A stretch of 64,000 bases of DNA from a virus: the IMG/VR virus record IMGVR_UViG_3300044998_001357, positions 64,001 through 128,000 of that record, one strand, 5' to 3'. This document shows, one piece after another, positions 29,214 through 40,300 of this stretch. The translations under genes and the position numbers were made by a program. The stretch's first letter is position 1, and the number at the start of each line of letters is the position of its first letter. A model generated the notes under the pieces. It was not told the origin of the DNA and did not search any database. It worked only from the letters and a program-made list of their open reading frames with translations.

Positions 29214-29351
29214 GTGAATCGTCCGACCAGGACCAGCAGGTCGTCGACGCCGGCGGTGGTCCTTACCCAGCGATGGGCACTCAATCTTGAAGAGATTGAC
29301 GCGTTTGCAGATAGGCTAAAAAGGTTAATCAAAACAATCGATGTAATATGA
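29214..29351 (+). CDS. Short hypothetical protein
   Basis: AGGAG before GTG; start uncertain. Confidence 0.3.
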   Translation: MNRPTRTSRSSTPAVVLTQRWALNLEEIDAFADRLKRLIKTIDVI

Positions 29352-30220
29352 AAGTAAAAGCATCAATCTTGATTAGTTCGTATAATCGAATTAACCTGTT
29401 CAGGCGTACACTCGCGTCCATCGCGCGTTATGGGCCTGGGGTGCCTTTTGAGGTGGTGGTGGTCGATGACGGCTCCTCCGAGGATATCCTAGGTCTTTTG
29501 TCCGAATTTTCCTCGCGGTTCTGGTGGAAACTAGTTCGGTTTGACGCCCGGGTCTTTGAGCAGACGACCGGATTAACAAAGTTTCACAACAACCCCTGTG
29601 TGACCAATAACATCGCCTTTCGTCATGCTGAGGGCGACTGGCTCTTCCAGCAGGGCAACGAAGTGATTGCCCAGCCTGGGGCTTACGACAAGCTGATTGC
29701 CGACATTCCCAACGGCCCTTACTGGATGGTGATGTCGACCACTTACGACATCCCTAAGAGTGTGGTGGACCATCTGGGTCCGTATGGGGAAAATATCACC
29801 CGGGGGCTGGTGGCTTACCTAGAACGCTTTCCGTTGCAGTCGGCGAGTTACCGCAGCGACGTGACCAACTATCTGAGCCTAGCCTCACGAGAGCTCTGGC
29901 AGGAACTGGGGGGTTACGACGAGCGATACTACGGCGGGATTAGTGCCGAGGACTCAGACTTTGTTCGCCGGGCACGGGCTATTCCGGGATTCACCCAAAT
30001 CATCAGCACCGCCACCTCGTTGCATCAGTATCACCAGGGCAAAACCTGTTACTACGACCCACCGGCCGACATCATCACTCCGGAGCGCTGGGAGGAAGGG
30101 GTACGTCTCAATCACGCCATTTACCACCAGTGGGACGGCACGCCGCGCAACCCACAGGACTGGCCAATGGGGTTTTTTGGGGTGAGTCAAGTGATTACCA
30201 ATCGTTCGGAGGTGCGATGA
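29348..30220 (+). CDS. GT2 glycosyltransferase
   Basis: ILISSYNR, VVDDGS, GGYDERY..EDSDF, HQYH. Confidence 0.88.
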   Translation: MKVKASILISSYNRINLFRRTLASIARYGPGVPFEVVVVDDGSSEDILGLLSEFSSRFWWKLVRFDARVFEQTTGLTKFHNNPCVTNNIAFRHAEGDWLFQQGNEVIAQPGAYDKLIADIPNGPYWMVMSTTYDIPKSVVDHLGPYGENITRGLVAYLERFPLQSASYRSDVTNYLSLASRELWQELGGYDERYYGGISAEDSDFVRRARAIPGFTQIISTATSLHQYHQGKTCYYDPPADIITPERWEEGVRLNHAIYHQWDGTPRNPQDWPMGFFGVSQVITNRSEVR

Positions 30221-31110
30221 AACGGATTCTAGTGACCGGTGCGACCGGGTTTTTAGGTCGGCACCTGATGCAGCTGTTGCGACGGGAACATTGTCTGTTG
30301 GTAGGGATGTCTCGCCACCGCAACGCCACGGGCCGGAGCGATATCGAATCTCTGGATATCACCAGCCCGATGGATGTACGTAACCTGCTTTATTCCTTCC
30401 TGCCGGATGTTATTTTTCATCTGGCGGGCAACCCTCTGGTCAAGGAAAGTGGTCCGGAGGTGATGCGAGTCAACACTCTGGGGACCAACCATCTGCTGGA
30501 GTACGCCCCCAAAGGCTGCCGGTTTGTCCTGGCCTCCAGCGCCACGGTTTATGGCGCACACGCTAGCGGTCTTCTGGCCCACGAGGGCTTTCCCTGCGCG
30601 GCGACCTCCACCTATGCCGCCAGCAAAATCGCAGCGGAGAGCCTAGTGGACGCCTATACCTTCACCGGTCGGGTTCGGGGTATCTCGCTGCGCTACGTCG
30701 CCAATGTCGGTCCTGGGGCCACCCACGGATTGTTACGCGATATCGTTCGCAAGCTTCGTGAGGATAGCAAAAGCCTGGAACTCCTGGGGGATGCACCCGG
30801 CTCGACAAAGCCGTTTATTCACGTTGCCGATACTGCGAGGGCCACGCGGTATTTTGGGCTTGATTGTGATTATATTGGTCATGTGAACATTTCTAATTCC
30901 GATTCGCTGAGCGTTCTGGAAGTCGCAACCATGGCGATAGATGCTCTTGGTATCCACAAGCCCATCGTCTGGAGTGGACAGGATTCTCTTTGGCCGGGCG
31001 ATATAAAGACCGTTCGTATTTCTCCCCGTAAGATGCAGGGGTTGGGTTTTGAGTTGACTTATAACACCTCGGTCAAGGCCGTGAAAAAAGCGCTGGAAGA
31101 AATGGAGTAG
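30217..31110 (+). CDS. NAD-dependent epimerase/dehydratase
   Basis: GATGFLG, SSATVYG, YAASK. Confidence 0.92.
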   Translation: MKRILVTGATGFLGRHLMQLLRREHCLLVGMSRHRNATGRSDIESLDITSPMDVRNLLYSFLPDVIFHLAGNPLVKESGPEVMRVNTLGTNHLLEYAPKGCRFVLASSATVYGAHASGLLAHEGFPCAATSTYAASKIAAESLVDAYTFTGRVRGISLRYVANVGPGATHGLLRDIVRKLREDSKSLELLGDAPGSTKPFIHVADTARATRYFGLDCDYIGHVNISNSDSLSVLEVATMAIDALGIHKPIVWSGQDSLWPGDIKTVRISPRKMQGLGFELTYNTSVKAVKKALEEME

Positions 31111-31112
31111 GG

Positions 31113-32066
31113 ATGATGGCACAAAAAACCATTGTGGTGACGGGCTGTGCGGGTTACATCGGCAGCGTGCTGACCGAGTTGTTGCTACGCGAACGCTACC
31201 GCGTTATTGGGATAGATAATTTTTTCCATAGAGCCCAGCAGATTCAAAGCGTACTGCCTTTTCTCAATCATGCGGCCTACCGCTTTGTTTGTGGGGATGT
31301 TCGCGACAAGAACGACCTGCTGCGTTTTCTCATTGGTGCCGATGCGGTGGTGCCGCTGGCGGCGCTGGTGGGAGCGCCTTTGTGCGAAGAGCATCCCTTG
31401 ACCACACACGAGGTGAATTTTGACGCCATCAGGGACATGATGAATCTGCTGGGGTCCGGCGTTCGTGTGATTTACCCCAACACGAATTCCGGCTATGGCA
31501 AGATGGGTGAGCGTCCCTGTCTGGAAACAGACGAGATGCGGCCCCTATCGCTCTACGCACAAAGCAAGTGCGATGCCGAAAAGGTGGTTCTGGACCATCC
31601 CAATGCGGTGGTCTTCCGGCTCGCGACCGTCTTTGGCATCAGCGCGCGCATGCGTTTTGACCTTCTGGTTAATGACCTGGTTTCCCAGCTGGTCCTGAAG
31701 CGCAAGGTCCGTCTCTACCAGCCGCACTTCCGGCGAAACTACGTGGGTATTCGCGATGTCGCGCGAGCCATTCTCTGGGCGATTGAAGGGGAGCAAAAAG
31801 GGGTGTTCAACCTGGGACACCCTGAGGTCAATCTCACCAAACTTGAACTAGCCCGGCGGATTTGCGACCTACTGCAGCTAAACCCCGCCAAGACCATCGA
31901 ATTGGTCGAGGGCGAGGACCACGACAAACGCGACTATTTTGTTTCCAATGAGAAAATTCTCCAGGCGGGCTTCCGGTTCGAACACACCCTAGAACAGGGA
32001 ATTATCGAGGTGGCCGAACTGGTCCGGCTCGCCCCCGAGCTTGTCCGGCAGTGCCGTAATCACTAA
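31113..32066 (+). CDS. NAD-dependent epimerase/dehydratase
   Basis: GCAGYIG, LAALVG, YAQSK, RLATVFG, RFDLLVN. Confidence 0.92.
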   Translation: MMAQKTIVVTGCAGYIGSVLTELLLRERYRVIGIDNFFHRAQQIQSVLPFLNHAAYRFVCGDVRDKNDLLRFLIGADAVVPLAALVGAPLCEEHPLTTHEVNFDAIRDMMNLLGSGVRVIYPNTNSGYGKMGERPCLETDEMRPLSLYAQSKCDAEKVVLDHPNAVVFRLATVFGISARMRFDLLVNDLVSQLVLKRKVRLYQPHFRRNYVGIRDVARAILWAIEGEQKGVFNLGHPEVNLTKLELARRICDLLQLNPAKTIELVEGEDHDKRDYFVSNEKILQAGFRFEHTLEQGIIEVAELVRLAPELVRQCRNH

Positions 32067-32133
32067 AGGGCAGACCGATGGACGACCCGGCTGGTGTCAA
32101 TGATTATTGTTCGTAAGAAGGGGAGTGTATCCT

Positions 32134-33129
32134 ATGATTATTACCCGTACACCTTTTCGTGTGTCGCTTCTGGGCGGCGGAACAGACTATCCCGTCTGGG
32201 TGCGCAAACATGGCGGAGTTGTTCTTGGTGGAGCAATCAATAAGTATTCGTATATTACGGCTCGCCACCTACCGCCATTTCATGACTATCGCCACCGTGT
32301 GGTTTACCGTGAAACGGAAACCGTTGGCGCATTAAGCGATTTACGCAACAGGACCATCAAGGAATCGATTGAGATTCTGGGTTGGCCCGATAGCAAGGGG
32401 CTGGAAATTTCCCATTTGGGCGACTTGCCGGGTCGTTCGGGCACAGGCAGCAGTTCGACCTTTGTGGTTGGTCTTCTGCATGCGATATCGGCGTTGCAGG
32501 GCAAATTCCTTTCTCAGGACGAACTGGCCTCCCTGGCGATTCGCGTGGAGCAGGAGCGACTGAAGGAAACGGTGGGGTATCAGGACCAGACCTTCGCTGC
32601 TCATGGTGGCTTGAATCTGATTCGGTTTTTGCCCGATGGAACGGTTCACGTCAATCCTCTGGGACTGGAACCAGAGCATGTGCGCGAGCTTGAATCGCAC
32701 CTATTGCTCTTTTTTACCCGGATGACACGGACCTCCAGTCATGTCGCCAAAAGCTACGCGGGTAGCCTTCTTGATTTTTCCAAGGAGCAATTTACCCTCA
32801 TGAAACTGGCCGAGGATGGGGTCCGGAGTATTCTGGCTCGCGACTGGGAACAGCTGGGTCGAGCTATCGACCAGTCCTGGCGTATCAAGTCGTCGTTAAG
32901 CAGCCAGGTCAGTGGTATGCCCATCGACCACGCCTACGCCGCTGCCCAACTGGCGGGTGCCTGGGGTGGAAAGCTGACCGGTGCTGGGGGCGGTGGCTGC
33001 ATGCTACTGGTCGCACCCCCGGAAAAACAGCAGGCCATTCGTTCGCTCTTGTCGGGATGGGTCCATATTCCCTTTTCGTTTGAGCAGGCCGGTTCGCGAG
33101 TTGTTTTTGCGGAGAAATCCAATGTCTAA
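32134..33129 (+). CDS. hddA: GHMP sugar kinase, D-glycero-D-manno-heptose-7-phosphate kinase-like
   Basis: RTPFRVSLLGGGTD, PGRSGTGSSS, GYQDQ, KLTGAGGGG. Confidence 0.8.
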   Translation: MIITRTPFRVSLLGGGTDYPVWVRKHGGVVLGGAINKYSYITARHLPPFHDYRHRVVYRETETVGALSDLRNRTIKESIEILGWPDSKGLEISHLGDLPGRSGTGSSSTFVVGLLHAISALQGKFLSQDELASLAIRVEQERLKETVGYQDQTFAAHGGLNLIRFLPDGTVHVNPLGLEPEHVRELESHLLLFFTRMTRTSSHVAKSYAGSLLDFSKEQFTLMKLAEDGVRSILARDWEQLGRAIDQSWRIKSSLSSQVSGMPIDHAYAAAQLAGAWGGKLTGAGGGGCMLLVAPPEKQQAIRSLLSGWVHIPFSFEQAGSRVVFAEKSNV

Positions 33130-34138
33130 ACAAACGGTTCTGGTCACGGGCGGTAGCGGCTTTCTGGGCCGCCATGTGGTTCAAAAACTGCGAGAAAACC
33201 CCGACCTTCGGGTGGCCGCAATTGGCCAGACCTCACGGATTGAAAAGGGTATCTCGGTGATTGGTTGCGACCTGACCAATCCTGGTGAGGTCGACCGGCT
33301 CTTTCGGGTTCTTTCTCCTGGGTACGTCTACCATCTGGCGGGGTACAACGGTGGCATCGAGTTTAACCGTCTGAATCCGGCACGTATTTTCCATGACAAC
33401 ACCTTGATGGCATTGAACATCCTGGAGGCATGCAAAAACCACAAGGTAACCAAGCTTCTAAGCGTGGTTGCTAGCTGTGCTTATCCATCATTAACGTTAA
33501 ACATTGATGGAGAATTGGTCGAAAGAGAATTCTTGTTTCAAAACAACTTTTTGGATGGTGAGCCTCACCCCAGCGTGGCCTGCCATGCCTACGCTAAGCG
33601 CAATCTGTACCTCGCCTCGCGGTTTTACCGTGAGCAACACAACCTTAACGCTATTTGCGTCTGCCCGACCACCCTGTATGGTCCCGGGGATAGCTTTGAC
33701 CCCCAGCGGACCAAGGTGATGGCGGCGCTAGTCAAACGCTTTGTGGATGCGGCGGACGAGGGGCTGCCCTCGGTGACCTGCTGGGGGACAGGAAACGCCT
33801 GGCGTGAGTTTCTTTATGTCGCCGACGCGGCGGATTGTCTGGTGTATGCCATGGACCATTACAATCACCCTGAGCTCTTGAATCTGGGAACCGGTCAGGA
33901 ACTTCTCCTTAAATCGCTTGTCCGTCTCGTTGCCCGGATTGCCGGCTTTAGCGGCGAGATTTACTGGGACCACGAAAAGCCCACCGGGCAGATACGTAAG
34001 TGCCTGGTGTCGAACGTATTCGCCAACCGGGCATTCCTGCCGCTTGAGCAAGGAATCGAAAAAACTGTCGCCTATTATCGAAACTACAAGCTCGGACATG
34101 AACGAGCCGCCAACGAATCTCTTGATGGGAGCTTGTGA
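33122..34138 (+). CDS. GDP-L-fucose synthase-like SDR (variant active site)
   Basis: GGSGFLG, HLAG..GGI..N, SCAYP, LYGPGD.F, WGTG..WREFLYV.D. Confidence 0.85.
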   Translation: MSKQTVLVTGGSGFLGRHVVQKLRENPDLRVAAIGQTSRIEKGISVIGCDLTNPGEVDRLFRVLSPGYVYHLAGYNGGIEFNRLNPARIFHDNTLMALNILEACKNHKVTKLLSVVASCAYPSLTLNIDGELVEREFLFQNNFLDGEPHPSVACHAYAKRNLYLASRFYREQHNLNAICVCPTTLYGPGDSFDPQRTKVMAALVKRFVDAADEGLPSVTCWGTGNAWREFLYVADAADCLVYAMDHYNHPELLNLGTGQELLLKSLVRLVARIAGFSGEIYWDHEKPTGQIRKCLVSNVFANRAFLPLEQGIEKTVAYYRNYKLGHERAANESLDGSL

Positions 34139-34596
34139 TGAAATTGGGTGTGGCTGTCGACAATCTTGGGGCGAGTCAATTAAACTACCTTTTTATCAAT
34201 CAGGTAAACAAATACCTTGAAAACAATATTCATGATGTAATTGCATTTTATGAAGATGCCTGTAGACCGTGTATGTTGATGCGATTTGCCGCGATTCCCC
34301 TGGTGGAGGCATGGAGCTTTAACGGCACCATCATTTCCACCTCACTTTCTACCACCCAGAAGCTCCTGCGTCTACCGGGTGTACGCCGCCGGTTATTCAT
34401 GGTGTGGGATTTGGAGTGGCTTCGTGAGCCGCGACCTTTTGAATACCTGAACTCCATTTACCGAGCTTTGGGTATTGAGCTTCTCTGCCGAACCCCGGAA
34501 CACCAGAAGATTCTCTCGGATATCTTCCAAAAGCCGGTGAGCGTGGTCGGAGATTTCGACCTAAACCTGATTTTGGCGGTGATTAGCAATGAGTGA
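34138..34596 (+). CDS. Hypothetical protein, resembles an isolated GT-B N-domain
   Basis: Alpha/beta pattern, FMVWDLEW. Confidence 0.55.
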   Translation: MKLGVAVDNLGASQLNYLFINQVNKYLENNIHDVIAFYEDACRPCMLMRFAAIPLVEAWSFNGTIISTSLSTTQKLLRLPGVRRRLFMVWDLEWLREPRPFEYLNSIYRALGIELLCRTPEHQKILSDIFQKPVSVVGDFDLNLILAVISNE

Positions 34597-35362
34597 TTTT
34601 TTGTTTAATGTTGATGGATATTATTACCTACAGGAGTTTTATGTCAACAGGCAGTATTCAACATACGAAATAGCTAAAGAAAATAATACGTATGCAAATA
34701 AGGTTCGCCGCGCCTTAATTTACCATCGTATTCCGTTGCGAAACTACAAGGAATCTCAAAAAGCCGCCCAGGAAGCGGGTAGATACCACCACCCCACCCA
34801 GGGGCGGGAGCGAACTACGGAAGAAAAACGTCGCATTAGTCAGGGTCAGATACGCGCATGGATGAATCTCTCCGAAGAGCAACGCGAACGTCGCCGGGAA
34901 TTTGCCCGACAGCAATGGCTTTCGATGTCTCAGGAGCAACGAACGCGGTTTCGAGAGGAGGCCAAGAAGGCAATTAGCCTGGCTAGCATGGAAGGCTCGC
35001 GGCTGGAGCGGCAACTGGTCGAGTTTCTACGCGCTCATAAGCAATCCGTTCAGCACCGCTGTCTGGTCGCGGGCAAACCGGTTGAAATCCTGTTGGCCCA
35101 CAGTAAAGTGGTTATCGAAGTGGACGGACCGGCCTACCACTACCCCATCTGGGGTGAGGACTTGATGATAAAAAACCAGGAGCGGGTTCGAGGTCAAAAC
35201 GAGCTTCTGGTAGCCTTGGGATTTTTGGTGATTCGGTTGCAACAATTTGGTCGCTATCGAGAGAGTCAGAAAAAGCGAGCATTTGAGCATATTATGAATA
35301 TTCTTTCTTCTCGCGGCAATCATCAGGGTGTTATTCTGCTTGATATTGGAGTAAGTTTATGA
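34589..35362 (+). CDS. Putative homing endonuclease (HTH + NUMOD3-like + DUF559/Vsr-like)
   Basis: STYEIAKE..VRRAL, RTTEEKRRIS, VVIEVDGPAYH, GFLVIRL. Confidence 0.7.
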   Translation: MSDFLFNVDGYYYLQEFYVNRQYSTYEIAKENNTYANKVRRALIYHRIPLRNYKESQKAAQEAGRYHHPTQGRERTTEEKRRISQGQIRAWMNLSEEQRERRREFARQQWLSMSQEQRTRFREEAKKAISLASMEGSRLERQLVEFLRAHKQSVQHRCLVAGKPVEILLAHSKVVIEVDGPAYHYPIWGEDLMIKNQERVRGQNELLVALGFLVIRLQQFGRYRESQKKRAFEHIMNILSSRGNHQGVILLDIGVSL

Positions 35363-36135
35363 CAAAGCGAATAATGGAAGAGTTGTCCAATCTCGAGGAT
35401 GCTATCTTGGGGGTGGATGATTTATCACTGGATAAGTCTATTGATGAGCCCACCATGACTTCGCCCGAGTGGTCAGAGTTTGTAATGCGTCAGTTTACGG
35501 AGAACGAGCTTGACGCGGAAGGCAGGCCGCTGGTTCATGGACTGAGGCGCGTGGTTCGGCTTCTTCTGGGGCCTATCCTGGAATCCCGGGCGCGGGTGGT
35601 TCAGGCTCCGTCGCTAATACCGAGTATTGAGAAGGTCGGTATACTCCAACCGGCGGTGGTTGAACACACGGTCCGCATCTTGATGACCCGACTGGAGCAG
35701 GGGTTGTCCGAGGCCTACCCGGTCGAATTTTGTGAGGCGGCGGACTGCTACTTTGGCAACGTCGGCGATATTGAGTTCGCACGCTATCAAACTGCCATGG
35801 CCTCAACCCGGGCCGAAAGCCGCGCCCTTCGCAAGGCGCTGCAAATCAACACCATCGCCTCGGAAGAAAAATCGGTCCTGCCTTCCTGCGAGGCCGGCCT
35901 TACGGGAATGATTTCGCCTGAACAGGTGAACTTCCTCACCGTCTTGTGCTCCCGGCTTGATATCAATGTTATGAAATATATCAACTCTGGGAAAACCAAG
36001 TATGACGCCGTGGAAAAGATTCCCTATGGCGTTGCTGCCTTGATGGTCGAGCATCTGTCTAAATATCAGAACAACCCCTCTACTATCCCCAGTGAATTTA
36101 AGGGGTATGTAAAGGGGTGGAGGAACAATAATTAA
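35359..36135 (+). CDS. Putative single-strand annealing protein (Rad52/Sak-like)
   Basis: MASTRAESRALRKAL motif, C-terminal ISPEQ..L helical domain. Confidence 0.55.
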   Translation: MTKRIMEELSNLEDAILGVDDLSLDKSIDEPTMTSPEWSEFVMRQFTENELDAEGRPLVHGLRRVVRLLLGPILESRARVVQAPSLIPSIEKVGILQPAVVEHTVRILMTRLEQGLSEAYPVEFCEAADCYFGNVGDIEFARYQTAMASTRAESRALRKALQINTIASEEKSVLPSCEAGLTGMISPEQVNFLTVLCSRLDINVMKYINSGKTKYDAVEKIPYGVAALMVEHLSKYQNNPSTIPSEFKGYVKGWRNNN

Positions 36136-36154
36136 CTCTATCTAAAGGTTTGGT

Positions 36155-36595
36155 ATGAAAGCACAAGTAAAGGTTGGTCCCGGTCTCATTATCGAAGTCG
36201 AGGCTGGTAAACAAAAAGATTTGTACAAGCTGATTGCTTCGGCCCACGAGGTATTTGGCGAAAAGTGTTGCGGTTTGTGTGGCAGCGAGAACATCGTGCC
36301 GGTCTGGCGTACAGTGAGCGTTGCGCGTGGCAAGAAGATGGAAACCTTTGAGTTCCCTGAGTGGCACTGTAATGGCGTCCTCGAAAACAAGGAGCGTTGT
36401 GGAGCCCGACTGTCGCTGGGAACCATCAACGACGATTCGGGCACTCTCTTTCCTCAGCGGCGACTGGTCTTCGAACCCAAGGATGTGAAACGCACCCACG
36501 GTCGACCGGCGACCAAGGAAGAAAAAGAGAAGGGAATCAACGGCGAGTACGGCCGTCATCGAGGATGGACCCGCTTCAAGGGCAAGGACGAATAA
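36155..36595 (+). CDS. Hypothetical Cys-containing protein
   Basis: CGLCGS...C...C; last gene of + strand block. Confidence 0.75.
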   Translation: MKAQVKVGPGLIIEVEAGKQKDLYKLIASAHEVFGEKCCGLCGSENIVPVWRTVSVARGKKMETFEFPEWHCNGVLENKERCGARLSLGTINDDSGTLFPQRRLVFEPKDVKRTHGRPATKEEKEKGINGEYGRHRGWTRFKGKDE

Positions 36596-36613
36596 GCCTG
36601 GGTGCAACAAAGA

Positions 36614-36640
36614 CCGCAGTACTAAAACTTAGTACTGCGG
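36614..36640. terminator. Hairpin between convergent transcription units
   Basis: Perfect 12-bp stem CCGCAGTACTAA/TTAGTACTGCGG, 3-nt loop. Confidence 0.7.
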
Positions 36641-36649
36641 CAAGCTAGC

Positions 36650-37282
36650 TTACTGATACTCGATTTCGACCCATAGCCCGTACTGCTGTTTGCTGCCGAT
36701 GCTGTCGGGACTCGCGCTAATTGCGCAATACCAGTCGTGTTGGGTATCCGGACGGGTCGAGTTATTTCCGTTGCCCGCAAACAAGCCCGACACCCCCGGA
36801 CTGGGAGCCAGAGGAACCACCACGCCCGAACCCCCGGGAGTCCACCAGGTGCTGTCACCCGAACCATTGGCCACCTGATTGATGTCGGGGTGGATAATCT
36901 GGGCCACCCGGGTGGTTACTCCAGAAGGGGAACGATTCTCATTGACGCGGTCGTAGGCCCGGAGCCGCGCGGTGGGAACGCGAATGGGAGTGTTGGAGAC
37001 GACCCGAAGATTCAGCGTTGCCTGGTGGTTGGGGATTGCCCGCAGCGCTACTCCGGAACCGGTCTGACCCAAAATACCCGAACCGATGTTCAGAAATTTG
37101 ACGTTGTTCACCTCGGGGCCATGAGTTGTCCCATTGCTGTTGGTGATAAAGGTTCGTCCCTGATACTCACCCACCCGAACCGAGGCACCAAACCCCGCGT
37201 CACCGTAAAAGCCCAGACCCGAACCCGCGAGGTCGGCAATCTGAAACCCCTGTCCTGCCAAAAACTGGATTGCTACCGGCAT
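36650..37282 (-). CDS. Virion structural protein
   Basis: G/S/N-rich beta protein at end of tail block. Confidence 0.65.
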   Translation of the reverse strand: MPVAIQFLAGQGFQIADLAGSGLGFYGDAGFGASVRVGEYQGRTFITNSNGTTHGPEVNNVKFLNIGSGILGQTGSGVALRAIPNHQATLNLRVVSNTPIRVPTARLRAYDRVNENRSPSGVTTRVAQIIHPDINQVANGSGDSTWWTPGGSGVVVPLAPSPGVSGLFAGNGNNSTRPDTQHDWYCAISASPDSIGSKQQYGLWVEIEYQ

Positions 37283-37325
37283 GATTTTTCTCCGCTCGTT
37301 AAGGACTCATACCCCATGCTCATAC

Positions 37326-40300
37326 TTAACCCGGACAATCTGCGGCAACGATATACCATTTGTTGTCCGTGGGAATGTAACTGACGATGACCTTGGTGGG
37401 AGCATTGACCGCCGTCCCAAACCAGTTCCAGACCGTTAGGCTTGTGTAGTTGGTATTGTCGCCATCATAGGCTCCCCCGGCCCGAACCACCATGAGGCCA
37501 CTTCCCTGCGGAGGAACGTCGTGGTATATCCGGCCCTTGAGAGTACCATGACAGGTCCAGACCCCCCGCATGTCGTCCCACAATGGGTCCAGAGGGCCGG
37601 CCTTCCATTTGTCTTGTCGGTAGGTATGGTCGTGGTCAAAGGTCGTGCCGTCGCCACTTCCTGGGATGCATTTACCATCCAGACCAAAGCCCCAACCCAC
37701 CAGTACCACCGGTGCTCGCAGCCCAAAGACGCGTGCAGAGGTAGGGGTGGCCCCACGCCGAAACGCATGAAGACCCCGGTAACTCTCCCCCCAGGTGTAG
37801 ACCTCGATATCGTTGGCCTGCTTCCAGGGGTTTAGCTGGGCCACCCCGGGAATAACCCCATTAATCAGCTGGTTCTGTAATCTGGGCATTGAGCCCTGAT
37901 AGCCACCGGCTGAAAACGGTCGAAACAGACCGTCAAGCGACATAATTGCCGTGTTCTTGAAAAGTTCCGTATTGGTGGCGTTGCAGAGCGAGACGCACTC
38001 TTCAAAGGTCGCGGTGAAAGTGTTCTGGCGATAGGCCTGGGTGTCGGAGTCCCAGAATCCGTGAGACAGCAAGCAGTCGTGAGGGGTCTCGCGTTTTCGT
38101 GCCTTGGCCTGTCGCTCCATCCAGACCCGTGCCCCTCGGGCGGCGTTACCCAGAGCGATATTTTGCCGGACCTGCTCTTTAAGCGCCAGCCGCATCGCCC
38201 GACGTAGTTCCATGTTGGCCAGGGAATTCTGACGCATCCGCTCAATAAAGGCCTTGGATAGCACCCCGAAGCGAGGGGTGAAGGTCTGGAATCGATACGA
38301 GGTGGTCACCCCCTGGGTGCCACACTGCACATCAATGGAGGTGATATTGGGTCCACCGGCCTCGAGAAGGTTGCCCAGCGAGGTAGTGGGCGGACCGACC
38401 AACTCCATCGTACCGGTCTCGCTGACCTGCATGTTGGTGATGGCCTGCAGCACCCGGGCCTGGCCGGCCAGATTCATCAGGGCATGTCCACCGTAATTCC
38501 ACGGGGTTAATGAGGGGTCTTGTTCCATTCGTACCTTGCCCGGGGCACCGGAGGCAAACCAGGGACCATAAAATGATGTGTTGGACTTAAGCGGAATACA
38601 GGCGACGGTCGGATGTCGAACCGCCGCCGATACCTTGATGGGAATCGGGGCTTGCTGCAAGCGTTTTTGTGCTTGCTGGGGGTTCATCTGCAACACAGCG
38701 GCGACAATATCGAGATTGCCCACGTTGTCCGGCGATTGCTCGACAACCGGTCCGCTCAGCGAGACCACAACACACGGTTCCGGGGCGGATACCATCCGTG
38801 GGTCAACTTGGACCTCCAGATAAAGCGTATTGTTTTCCAGCACCGCTCCCTGGGGGGAAATCCGGGAGAAGTCAACGCCGGCAAGATTGGAGTAGGCAAC
38901 AAAAGCGCGAAACCGACCATCGGGATTGCGAAGCATGTCCTCATTGAGCGGAGAGAGACCCAGAGGTGCGGCGGTTTCATCAAAATATCCCGCATCGGCA
39001 ACTTCGTAAGAGGTAGTTACACGACGAGTTTCTGAATCTGTCTGAACAAGGATAAAGGGCAATCCAACCAGATACTTCCGCCCCATGAACTCATCAGCAT
39101 ACCCGCGTACAAATTCATACATACGCATGCATTTTGCGTGAATATCTCCCTGGACGGCATTGTTAACTGCCAGTAAAACCTCCTTCCACTCGTCGTTGAC
39201 AAAGTTGGCTCGTACAGGAGCCTGGTTTGCTCCACCCATGTTCAAAAACGGACTTGAGACCCCAATGATGTCGGCCATAATGGGCCGGTGTCTGCGCAGG
39301 TAAAGTGCCCAGGATTCGTAGTTCACCTGAGCCATACGCATTTCCAGAGTGGTGCAGAGATAACGGACGTTGCCCAAAATGTCTGCAACCGGCGAGGCGT
39401 TCAGATTGACAATTTCGGTATTGATTTGCTGAAGAGGTTTTCCCGCTGCGTCGTTAAACATCTCGACATAGGGCGTGCTGAGAATCGGATTGCCGGCCGG
39501 GTCATAACCCCAAAAGTTGCGAATAGCAATGCTAGACCACATGGTATGCACTTCGCCACCTACCAGAAACGCACTGGTAAGTTCATTGCGCATTTCCAAG
39601 CCAACGGTCGAGCGAATCAGCGAACTACCCCAGTTGGAATTGGCAAGGGCGCTCAGGGTTCCCAGAGGAGGCTGCCGGAATCGGCTCACGGCCCTGATTT
39701 TGATGGTAAAGCCCACAAGCTCGACAAAAAAGTCACAGCCGCAATCCTTACAAACCTGGTCAATAATCTCCAGCAAGCTCGATGAAACGCCACCTCCCAC
39801 CCGGTAGTACTCGGGAGGAATTGGCATGTCATCTAAATCAAGTCCATATGTTTGGTTGGCAAATACCAGCGGGCCTCCATAGGCCACCGGCCGGGGAGCG
39901 TTGACCATGGCGCGGATGGCAACAGCCACCTGTCGCCAGGTCATGCCGCTATCATTAGCCCCGGAGACTCCATAGCCTACACTTTCCCAGTAACCATAGG
40001 GATTGAGCAGATTGGGTACATTTCCGACCGAGCCGGAATACCCACCGGTGATTACCTGGGTGCCCTCAAGAATTTCTCGTGGGTCACTGAGCACCACGCT
40101 GTAAACCGGGTTTCCCTCAGTACCCCGACCCGTCTCGGCCTTCTGGAGTAGCCCCCGGAAGGTGAAGCCGTAAAACTGAAAAGAAAGGGGGGTGCCGACC
40201 TTGGGCAGCTGAACGAACAACCCCTGAACCGGGTCGTCCACCAGCTGGAGATTAAGTTGGCTGGGTGAGCCAAGCCCCAGCCCAAGAGAACTCGAAAACG

